DNA from: Geotalea uraniireducens Rf4
GTDB taxonomy: Bacteria; Desulfobacterota; Desulfuromonadia; Geobacterales; Geobacteraceae
Assembly: GCF_000016745.1 (NCBI RefSeq)
Contig: NC_009483.1
Span: 3,270,001-3,302,000, forward strand
Direction: 5' to 3'
DNA length: 32,000 bases
Part shown: positions 1 through 6,968 of the stretch, in pieces
How positions within the stretch are numbered: the stretch's first letter is position 1
How the letters are laid out: each line of letters begins with the position of its first letter
Notes under the pieces: generated by a model
Told to the model about the DNA's origin: nothing
What the model saw: the letters and a program-made list of their open reading frames with translations, nothing else
Database searches by the model: none
Position numbers and translations under genes: made by a program

Positions 1-86
1 GAAACGATGGTCACGGCCGGTGTGCGCCATTTTTTTACCGCTTCTGCCAGAATCGCCATGGCATCGCGGATTTCACCATCTTTCAC
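1..86 (-). CDS. Possible 5' end of an unidentified gene running off the window (start only)
   Basis: A minus-strand frame is open from GTG at 86..84 to position 1 (VKDGEIRDAMAILAEAVKKWRTPAVTIV...). The GTG overlaps the TGA stop of the upstream 76-aa gene (GTGA), suggesting translational coupling. No recognisable motif. Confidence 0.2.
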   Translation of the reverse strand, partial: MKDGEIRDAMAILAEAVKKWRTPAVTIV

Positions 87-313
87 GCCATGCCTCTGTT
101 CCTGAATATCCGCATTAAGAGCACTCCGAGAATCGACAACGAAAGGCCGACGCAGAGAAAAAGGTAACCGATGCTCCGTCCCTCACCCCAACCCCAGAGA
201 TCGCGGCCACGCATGAATGCTATCAGGCCGAGGCCGCCAAAGGCGGCAATCCCTCCGAAGATATAGGTCCCGAACGCCACAACCGCCAGCGCAATCCCCT
301 GCTTCTTTGCCAT
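83..313 (-). CDS. Small integral membrane protein (76 aa, two hydrophobic helices)
   Basis: ORF with a AAAGGAG Shine-Dalgarno 7 nt upstream of the ATG. The sequence has two Gly/Ala/Ile-rich hydrophobic stretches (ALAVVAFGTYIFGGIAAFGGLGLIAF; YLFLCVGLSLSILGVLLM). Confidence 0.55.
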   Translation of the reverse strand: MAKKQGIALAVVAFGTYIFGGIAAFGGLGLIAFMRGRDLWGWGEGRSIGYLFLCVGLSLSILGVLLMRIFRNRGMA

Positions 314-532
314 GCATTGCTCCTTTATTGGTTAACCATGCCCGGCCGGCAATTTCACTACCCTGCTTGCCCGGCAATTTGGCTGATATTCTACTTGATG
401 CCCTACGCCAAGGCAACAGCAAACTCTCGCCTGACCAGGCAAATTAATGCCATATATACTGTTGCCTTTAGCGGGCGAACGGTTTATACCTTTGGATAAA
501 GAATTCAATTTTTCAGAAAGCAGGTCAACGTT

Positions 533-1399
533 ATGAAGCAATTTGTGGATCTCCACATGCACTCTTCCTACTCCGACGGTATTCACAAGCCGGAAATACT
601 GGTGGCAATGGCCGCAGAAAAAAATCTGAAGGCAATTGCCCTGGCAGACCATGATGCTGTCGAAGGAATTGATGAGGCGCTGGAAGCTGGTGAACGCCTC
701 GGGGTTGAGGTTATTCCGGCAGTCGAATTATCAGTGGAATTCAAAAAGCACCATGACGTACACCTGTTGGGATATTACATCGACTATAATGATGCGGTTT
801 TTCTGGAGAAATTGGCTGATTTTCGTGAAAGCCGCGATCACCGCGGTCAGGCCATTATTGCAAACATCAACGCCAAGCTGGAACGGGAAAAGAAAGGAAG
901 CATGTCCTATGAGGAGGCTGACGCCCTTGCCGAAGGTGCATTCGGTCGCCCGCATATCGCTCGTGTTCTGGTAGATAAGGGGTTTGCCCACGACTTGCAG
1001 GATGCTTTCGAGCGCTACCTGGTGCCGTGCAATGTGCCGAAACGCTATTTCCCCATGGAGGAGGCACTGGCTGAAATAAGGCGGTTACGCGGCATTTCCG
1101 TGCTTGCCCACCCTACGAGCATCACTGAAGACAGGAACACGTTGAAAGCCATCATTAAAGAGCTGGCTGCAATGGGGCTTGAAGGCATTGAAGTCTACAA
1201 CAATATGTGCAATGACGACGACATGAGTTTCCTTGAACGGCAGGCGATCGATCACGGGTTGGTTATGACCGGCGGTTCCGATTTTCACGGCATTGAAGCC
1301 GGCATAGAGATGGGCGTTGGCCGAGGCCACTTGGCGGTTCCTTATAGCTCGGCAGAGGCGCTGAAACGGCTACACGAAGAAAAAAGGTCAGGAGCATGA
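533..1399 (+). CDS. PHP-domain metal-dependent phosphoesterase (TrpH/YciV-like)
   Basis: The N-terminal DLHMHSSYSDG motif, ALADHD, later His/Asp ligands (AHP, GGSDFHG) and the ~288 aa size are typical of stand-alone PHP proteins. Confidence 0.88.
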   Translation: MKQFVDLHMHSSYSDGIHKPEILVAMAAEKNLKAIALADHDAVEGIDEALEAGERLGVEVIPAVELSVEFKKHHDVHLLGYYIDYNDAVFLEKLADFRESRDHRGQAIIANINAKLEREKKGSMSYEEADALAEGAFGRPHIARVLVDKGFAHDLQDAFERYLVPCNVPKRYFPMEEALAEIRRLRGISVLAHPTSITEDRNTLKAIIKELAAMGLEGIEVYNNMCNDDDMSFLERQAIDHGLVMTGGSDFHGIEAGIEMGVGRGHLAVPYSSAEALKRLHEEKRSGA

Positions 1400-1418
1400 C
1401 CTCACATCGGTGAGGACA

Positions 1419-1447
1419 CAAAAAAAAGGCCCTGACGGGCCTTTTTC
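1419..1447. terminator. Bidirectional rho-independent terminator between convergent genes
   Basis: A-run, GGCCC stem (1428-1432), TGAC loop, GGGCC stem (1437-1441), then TTTTT (1442-1446). A second small hairpin CCTCAC-ATCG-GTGAGG lies at 1400-1415. Confidence 0.6.
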
Positions 1448-1468
1448 ATTTAAAGAGCGCTGTGCTGC

Positions 1469-2290
1469 CTACTCTTTGTGAGGTTTATAGTTGACCACCT
1501 GGAGATCATCCTCAACAAGGCTGACGCCCTTTACCTTGGCGGCAATTTTTACGGCTTGTTCCCGCTCTTGCTCGGTGTGCACATGGCCACTCAGGCATAT
1601 CTCTCCATCCAGTGACTCAATTTTAAAGTGGAGGCTCTCGATCTTCCCTGACTTGAGAAGTTCGGCCTCTACCCGCTTGCGAAGAATGATATCATCCAGC
1701 AGCGCCGTCGCTTCAGCCTCGGCATCCTTAAGCTTCTGGTCTTTTGCCGCCGCAACAATGCTGTCCACCATGGCGCTTTTGGATAAATGGGAGGTGTTGA
1801 AAACCAGATCATACTCCAACGGGTTCTGCCAGTCCTTGTCAAAATAGAAATGAATGAAGCCGCCGCGCTGGTGGTCGCTCTTACGGATGAGCTCACGGGC
1901 AAGGTCCGGATCGATCCACTCCCGCTCGGCAAAATTTTCGACCCGTTCGTCGAACGGGGCTATAAAACGGACGCGCAGGACATTACGCATACCCTCAAGG
2001 AGATACTGCGCCCCCCTGCCGTACAGAATAACATTTCCTTTTCTGGCGCAATCCAGAAGTATCAACTCCATGGTGCTCAGATTTGCGGCCTGCAGCCGGT
2101 CTTCTGCGGTTATATAAGCGGGGGGTTTCTCATCGACCCTTTCCAGGATTTCGCCGCTCAGGCCGTAATTGTGCGCCAGCTCGGCAATTTTAGGGCCGTC
2201 AATCAGGGTATATTTAAGTTTTTTGGCCAGTTCCCTGGCCATGGCATAGGCGCCGGTGCCCATCTGTCTTGATATGGTAATGATCGCCAT
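1469..2290 (-). CDS. Cytidylate-kinase-like family protein with a C-terminal BON domain
   Basis: The N-terminus IITISRQMGTGAYAMARELAKKL is typical of the cytidylate-kinase-like family. The C-terminal ~70 aa (ICLSGHVHTEQEREQAVKIAAKVKGVSLVEDDLQV) resembles a BON domain. Strong GGGAGGGG RBS. Confidence 0.75.
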   Translation of the reverse strand: MAIITISRQMGTGAYAMARELAKKLKYTLIDGPKIAELAHNYGLSGEILERVDEKPPAYITAEDRLQAANLSTMELILLDCARKGNVILYGRGAQYLLEGMRNVLRVRFIAPFDERVENFAEREWIDPDLARELIRKSDHQRGGFIHFYFDKDWQNPLEYDLVFNTSHLSKSAMVDSIVAAAKDQKLKDAEAEATALLDDIILRKRVEAELLKSGKIESLHFKIESLDGEICLSGHVHTEQEREQAVKIAAKVKGVSLVEDDLQVVNYKPHKE

Positions 2291-2338
2291 ACACTTCCCC
2301 TCCCGTCATGCAAAAGTGGCCAATATTATCATGTAACC

Positions 2339-2367
2339 TTTTTGTATACAAGGATATAGTATATAAT
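2339..2367 (+). promoter_or_regulatory. Candidate sigma70 promoter (weak -35 TTTTTG, 17-nt spacer, perfect -10 TATAAT)
   Basis: TATAAT at 2362-2367, about 40 nt upstream of the TTG start at 2408. The -35 is poor. Confidence 0.25.
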
Positions 2368-2407
2368 CCATTGAATCATTCCTTTCCTGCTGGAAAAAGG
2401 AGCCCTC

Positions 2408-3004
2408 TTGCACGACAACAGTTACGTTTTTGCCTGCCGATTTATCGCATTTGCAATTTGCCATTCCATTCTGGCAACCCCTGCGGTGCAGTACCGCTTC
2501 AAATGCCTTTTCGGCAGCGGGTGGCGGGGTTACCGTCTTGGTTATAACCTTTTATCTATTATCATGTTCGGTTGGGTAATGGCCGCATACCGCAGTTCAC
2601 GCATCATCTTCCTTGTTCCGGGCTTCTGGGGTCCATTATGCTATCTTGTGCAGGTTGCACTCCTTTTACTCCTCTTCCGTTGCGCAGCACAAGTCGGCAT
2701 CGGCGACTTTCTCGGCTTCAACCAACTCAGGGGCAGGATGACCAGGCATGTACTGGTTAAAAGCGGCTGTTACGCCAGGGTAAGGCATCCCCAGTATTCG
2801 TTGGCCATTGTCTTTTTATTGTTGAATCCGGTTATAAGCGTCAATGGGATCGTCTTGACACTGCTTTCAGCGTCATACTTTATATTCGGTGCGGTAATTG
2901 AAGAAAAGAGGCTTGCTTTAGAGTTCGGTGAAGAATATCGACGTTATCGGGATGAAGTACCGATGTTCATACCGAGTTTTTACAGAAGATGCATAAAACG
3001 ATAA
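2408..3004 (+). CDS. Membrane methyltransferase-family protein (ICMT/PEMT/NnrU-like)
   Basis: Multi-pass hydrophobic protein with the C-terminal signature RVRHPQYSLAIVF...EEKRLALEFGEEYRRYRDEVPMF. The TTG start is preceded by AAGGAG 5 nt upstream. Confidence 0.75.
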   Translation: MHDNSYVFACRFIAFAICHSILATPAVQYRFKCLFGSGWRGYRLGYNLLSIIMFGWVMAAYRSSRIIFLVPGFWGPLCYLVQVALLLLLFRCAAQVGIGDFLGFNQLRGRMTRHVLVKSGCYARVRHPQYSLAIVFLLLNPVISVNGIVLTLLSASYFIFGAVIEEKRLALEFGEEYRRYRDEVPMFIPSFYRRCIKR

Positions 3005-3084
3005 GGAAAAAAAGATTGCTGCTTTAAGCTGAGCTATCGAATCGACAGACCGGTAATTAGCCTGAAAGCCGCTATTCCCACCGA

Positions 3085-3768
3085 TCATTCCAACCTCACC
3101 TTCTTAACACCTTCAACGAGCGCTATGCGGTCGACCACTTTGCAGGCCATGTCGCGGGTGGTAAACCTGACGTCGTACTCGATAGCCAACAGCTTCTGTT
3201 CAATGTCTTTTTCAAACCTGGCATCGGCTATATGCAGTTGGCAGCCGGCCATCAGTTCTTCAATTTCCGGCATCAGCCCTTCGCGGTCGCTGCTCCAGAT
3301 CTTGACCGAAACATAGATGTCCTTGGCAAGTCTGTTCTCGACTTTTTTCAGCAGCAATAGACTGAGCAAGGCAATCCCGGTTACGATCACGGCAATGCCG
3401 AACAGGCCGATACCGCATGCAATGCCGATGGCAGCCGCCACCCAGAGACAGGCTGCCGTGGTAAGGCCGCGAATGGAGGCCTTCTCCCTGATGATAGCAC
3501 CCGCGCCGAGGAAACCGATCCCCGTTACCACCTGAGCTGCAACCCTCCCTGGATCAACCCCTACCGGTATATTACCGCTGAAATCACCGTAAACCTTGTA
3601 AAACGCTATTGAAGTTATTACAAAAAGGGATGAGCCGAGTGAAACCAGCAGGTGGGTCCTGAATCCGGCCGGTCTGCCGTGCACCTCTCTCTCCAGGCCG
3701 ATTATCCCTCCAAGCAGAGATGCAAGAAGGAGCCGAACCACCATTTCCATATCAACTGAAAAAACCAT
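3085..3768 (-). CDS. mgtC: MgtC/SapB family membrane protein
   Basis: The N-terminus VVRLLLASLLGGIIGLEREVHGRPAGFRTHLLV is the MgtC family signature. It is followed by a soluble ACT-like C-terminal domain. Confidence 0.9.
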   Translation of the reverse strand: MVFSVDMEMVVRLLLASLLGGIIGLEREVHGRPAGFRTHLLVSLGSSLFVITSIAFYKVYGDFSGNIPVGVDPGRVAAQVVTGIGFLGAGAIIREKASIRGLTTAACLWVAAAIGIACGIGLFGIAVIVTGIALLSLLLLKKVENRLAKDIYVSVKIWSSDREGLMPEIEELMAGCQLHIADARFEKDIEQKLLAIEYDVRFTTRDMACKVVDRIALVEGVKKVRLE

Positions 3769-3859
3769 TAAGCCTCATCTTCCTGGCATGGACAACAAAT
3801 TCAGCACTATTACATCGAACCAGACACTATGGCTGTACTTGCGCGAATTGGGGTTTACC

Positions 3860-4777
3860 TCAATCAAGACTGATCGTCAGATTCAAGGCAATCGTTTTCT
3901 CCCTGCCGGCATACTTGATAGTAATGGGGAGGCGCAGTCTGCCAGGCGCCACCATTTCAACGTCCCCGTTAAACGACACGTCGGGCTCCTCGCCATGGAT
4001 TGAGGGTGCGGTAACGATTGAAGCTTCCGGTTCTGCGGCAATTTCCTCCTCAGCCAAGGAGACAGTCGTAACCTCGTCCTCATCGGCAAAAGATTTTCCT
4101 GCCTGCTCGACCTGAACCTGCGCCGCGGCCGAACCCGCCGCAACCTGTTCACTGACGCCCTGAAGTTTTTCAACGCCTTCTTCCAGGTCCAGCCCGGTTT
4201 CACGCAACTTTTTCAGCACTATTCTAACCAGTGCAAGCAGCGCATTGAGCACACCGTCGCCCCTGCTCGCCGTTGCCGGGAAATTGGGCAAATTGCCGGG
4301 ATTCAACATACGCTGCAAATCTTCATGAGGAACCGCGTCAACACGGTCACGCTTGTTGTACTCGAAAACAACGGGAATATCCGCCGGATTTAGACCATAT
4401 ACACCCAGGTATTCAGCAAGATTTTCCAGGCTTTCCCGGTTAGCCGTCATCCTGTCCGGCGCAGAATCAGCGACAAACACCACGCCATCAGCCCCCTTCA
4501 GCACCATTTTCCATGGAGAAGAGCTTTTGGTTTCACCCTTGATGGTATAGATATGGAAACGGACACTATAACCGTTTACCTTCCCGTCACCAGGAGGGGT
4601 GAAATCAAAAAAGAGCATCTTATCGTTCTGAATGTTCATCGACTTGAGCTTGCCACGAAATTCCGGTTTTAACTTGCTGTAGATATGGTTAAGATTTGTG
4701 GTCTTGCCGGAAAGTCCCGGGCCGAAAAAGACCAGCTTTGCATTGATTTCCCGTTTGATCTTGTTCACCAAAGCCAT
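3860..4777 (-). CDS. MglA-like Ras-superfamily small GTPase with a ~110-aa C-terminal extension and altered catalytic residues
   Basis: Ungapped alignment, from my memory of M. xanthus MglA, over residues 1-100 (REINAKLVFFGPGLSGKTTNL...LFFDF...RFHIYT..G...LKGADGVVFVADS...YNKRD). The AAGGGGGA RBS lies 6 nt upstream of the ATG. Confidence 0.85.
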   Translation of the reverse strand: MALVNKIKREINAKLVFFGPGLSGKTTNLNHIYSKLKPEFRGKLKSMNIQNDKMLFFDFTPPGDGKVNGYSVRFHIYTIKGETKSSSPWKMVLKGADGVVFVADSAPDRMTANRESLENLAEYLGVYGLNPADIPVVFEYNKRDRVDAVPHEDLQRMLNPGNLPNFPATASRGDGVLNALLALVRIVLKKLRETGLDLEEGVEKLQGVSEQVAAGSAAAQVQVEQAGKSFADEDEVTTVSLAEEEIAAEPEASIVTAPSIHGEEPDVSFNGDVEMVAPGRLRLPITIKYAGREKTIALNLTISLD

Positions 4778-4792
4778 TGGTGTCCCCCTTAG

Positions 4793-5704
4793 TTACTTCT
4801 TGCTTTTATTCATGAGAATTCTTCGTGACTGGGTAGATATCACCGAAGATACATTCTTGCTCTTGGCCAAAAACGCCAGGTCCTTCTCTGTTAAAGACGC
4901 CATAAATCGGAGGGCGACCGGGAGCGGCGTCTTGTGGTTCTCCACCAGGGCCTTGCGGATCTGATAGTTTTTCACCCACTCCTTGTTCGCGCATATGACG
5001 CGCATGATTTCGTCGTTCTGTACGTTGGACTTGGAAATGGTGAGTATCTCCCCTTCGGTAATCCTTGGATTTTTCACCACAGACCCGGAAACCAGCTTGT
5101 TTGAGTCTTTCAGCAGTATGGAGCGCCACTCCTTGTCACCGGTAAGCGCCATTTTTATTTTGTCGGCAACCCCCAGTTGCTGCGACAACTGATACTTGGA
5201 CTTGAACGCCTCTTCTTCCTCTGCAACTTCCGCATCTTCGGCAGTTTCTGCCTGTTTATCATCTTCATTTGCGGCATCGAGATCAAATTTATCCTGGCTT
5301 GCACTCTCAGCCATGGCGTCAAAACAGAGTATCCCCTTTTCAGCCAGGAATCGGCGCGTACCATCGTCACAGTTCGGGTGCAGAGCAACCTTCTCCGCAA
5401 CAGCCTGCCGAGGAAAATGGAGCCGGGCAATCACGTCGAGAAGCCGCGAATTGATGTCGGGAAGGTCGACAATCGTCATAAGCAATGGTTCCGACAGCTC
5501 TCGCAAGCTCTTCAGTGCTGCAACTTTAATATCTGCGTCCTGGTCATGGCTTAGATAAAAGAGGAGCGCCATCAAATCATTAGGGGCAAGTGAAACCTCG
5601 GCGCGGGCCGCTCTCAATTTGTCCGTTTTCGGCGTATCACTCCTGACATAGGGAGCTGCCGCCGCAGATATTTTCAGAGTAACTTTCTTGGGCACACCTA
5701 TCAC
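4793..5704 (-). CDS. Hypothetical protein with helical (HEAT/LRV-like) repeats and an acidic linker
   Basis: The GTG start overlaps the stop of the upstream SPOR gene (GTGA). Repeated helical units contain NP..T/..L motifs (VKNPRITEGEIL, ENHKTPLPVAL), and there is a central acidic tract (EDAEVAEEEEA). No family is firmly recognised. Confidence 0.6.
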   Translation of the reverse strand: MIGVPKKVTLKISAAAAPYVRSDTPKTDKLRAARAEVSLAPNDLMALLFYLSHDQDADIKVAALKSLRELSEPLLMTIVDLPDINSRLLDVIARLHFPRQAVAEKVALHPNCDDGTRRFLAEKGILCFDAMAESASQDKFDLDAANEDDKQAETAEDAEVAEEEEAFKSKYQLSQQLGVADKIKMALTGDKEWRSILLKDSNKLVSGSVVKNPRITEGEILTISKSNVQNDEIMRVICANKEWVKNYQIRKALVENHKTPLPVALRFMASLTEKDLAFLAKSKNVSSVISTQSRRILMNKSKK

Positions 5705-6810
5705 TTCTTTTTCCCGGCATTGATTACCGTGGCGGAAATACCGGCTTTTTTCAGCCTTGCAACCGCTTTCCGGGCCTCGTCTTTGCCGGCGAAACTGCCG
5801 GCTGTCAGGACTGTAACCGGCACTCCGACTTCCGCTTTCTTCATGATCAGCTTTACGCCCTTGTCGAATAGCCGGTCCTGCTCGATGGCTGCTTTGCCTT
5901 CACTGTAATAGGACCCTGCATAAATCACGAATTTGTCACCCTCTTTCAAGAGGAATGCGTCAGGCGCAATTTTCTGCAATTTCTTAAGATCGGCAACGGC
6001 TGACTCATGGTCGCTAAATTCAGCATAATAGAGCCTGTGCATCGGTTCAGTCTTGTGAATCTTTTGCCGCTCAACCGGCGTAACCGCAAGCTTTTTCAGT
6101 TTTGCCTCTGCAGCACGCATATTTTTTTCAAGAACGTACGCGCCGATTTTCAGCGTATAAGCGCCTGCTACTTGTTTCTCAGCAGGCTTTGTTATCTGTT
6201 TTGCGGCAGCAGCGGCAACAGGAGCCGGCTTTTTCCCTGACGGCTTGGCCGCGGCAGCTGCTTTCTCTTCGGTTTTAGCCTGCACCTTGGGTTTCATTGC
6301 TGGAGCCGGCTTTGCCGCCGCTTTTCTGTCGGCCGGCGCCTCCGCTTTTGCAGTTTTTACCGGTTCGGCTTTGGCTGGAGCTTTGGCTGGAGCTTTGGCT
6401 GGAGCTTTGGCTGGAGCTGGAGCTTTGGCTGGAGCTGGAGCTGGGGTTGGGGCTGCGACTGGTGCAGGTTTCGGTTTCTGCGCCGGTGCAGGTTTCGCTT
6501 GGCCGGGTTCGCCGGCAGAAGGTTTCCCATCCTTGTCAGCAACCTGCTTCTTTTCTTCCGGCTTTGCCGTCGGCTCCCCGTTTCCAGCCGGTTGTTCCTT
6601 GCGCGGAGGCATCGGCTTTTTCACCTGAGCCGTCTGCACCGCTTGCTCTTTAGCCACTTCACGAGGTTTTATCAAGCCGGTAAAGAAATAAAGATAGCCA
6701 AATACTGCTACCAGCACGAGCAAGACAAGGAGAAGGGCCTGTCGTGAATTCCCCTTCTCACCTCGGCCTGGAAGATTTTCCTCGGAATCCGGTAAAAACT
6801 GCTTGGACAT
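5701..6810 (-). CDS. Membrane-anchored SPOR-domain (septal peptidoglycan-binding) protein with a Pro/Ala/Lys-rich linker
   Basis: It has one N-terminal TM helix and a ~180-aa low-complexity PAKA/PAPA linker. Two C-terminal SPOR-like modules follow (YTLKIGAYVLEKNMRAAEAKLKKL...; VTVLTAGSFAGKDEARKAVARLKKAGISATVI). AAGGAGG RBS. Confidence 0.8.
   Translation of the reverse strand: MSKQFLPDSEENLPGRGEKGNSRQALLLVLLVLVAVFGYLYFFTGLIKPREVAKEQAVQTAQVKKPMPPRKEQPAGNGEPTAKPEEKKQVADKDGKPSAGEPGQAKPAPAQKPKPAPVAAPTPAPAPAKAPAPAKAPAKAPAKAPAKAEPVKTAKAEAPADRKAAAKPAPAMKPKVQAKTEEKAAAAAKPSGKKPAPVAAAAAKQITKPAEKQVAGAYTLKIGAYVLEKNMRAAEAKLKKLAVTPVERQKIHKTEPMHRLYYAEFSDHESAVADLKKLQKIAPDAFLLKEGDKFVIYAGSYYSEGKAAIEQDRLFDKGVKLIMKKAEVGVPVTVLTAGSFAGKDEARKAVARLKKAGISATVINAGKKK
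6366..6446. repeat. In-frame 12-bp/6-bp tandem repeat (AGCTTTGGCTGG / AGCTGG units) encoding APAKAPAK...
   Basis: Directly visible run: gctttggctggagctttggctggagctttggctggagctttggctggagctggagctttggctggagctggagctgg, inside the SPOR gene linker. Confidence 0.85.
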
Positions 6811-6898
6811 GTAACAATTCCTCCTTTTACATCCTAACCCTGATAAACAGTATAAGTGCGTTAACGAAGCTATTTTCTGTAAGTATGTTCACAAAATC

Positions 6899-6923
6899 AT
6901 TTCTGCATAAAAGCCGCAGAAAT
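6899..6923 (-). terminator. Possible hairpin terminator downstream of the EF-G paralog
   Basis: The 8-bp stem ATTTCTGC/GCAGAAAT has a 9-nt loop and is followed on the minus strand by GATTTTGTG. The T-tract is weak. Confidence 0.3.
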
Positions 6924-6968
6924 CATTTTTAACGTACTAAAAAAGCGCAAAAAATCACTTCTTACTTA

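Noticed and set aside
332-652. 106-aa minus-strand ORF spanning the divergent promoter region and the 5' end of the PHP gene
   Set aside because: It overlaps a well-supported gene on the opposite strand and an intergenic region. It has no RBS and no motifs.
6245-6653. Two plus-strand ORFs (127 and 118 aa) with striking repeats (ALAGALAG..., LWLELWLE...)
   Set aside because: They are the reverse-frame reading of the PAKA tandem repeat inside the SPOR gene. The repetitiveness comes from the DNA repeat, not from an independent gene.
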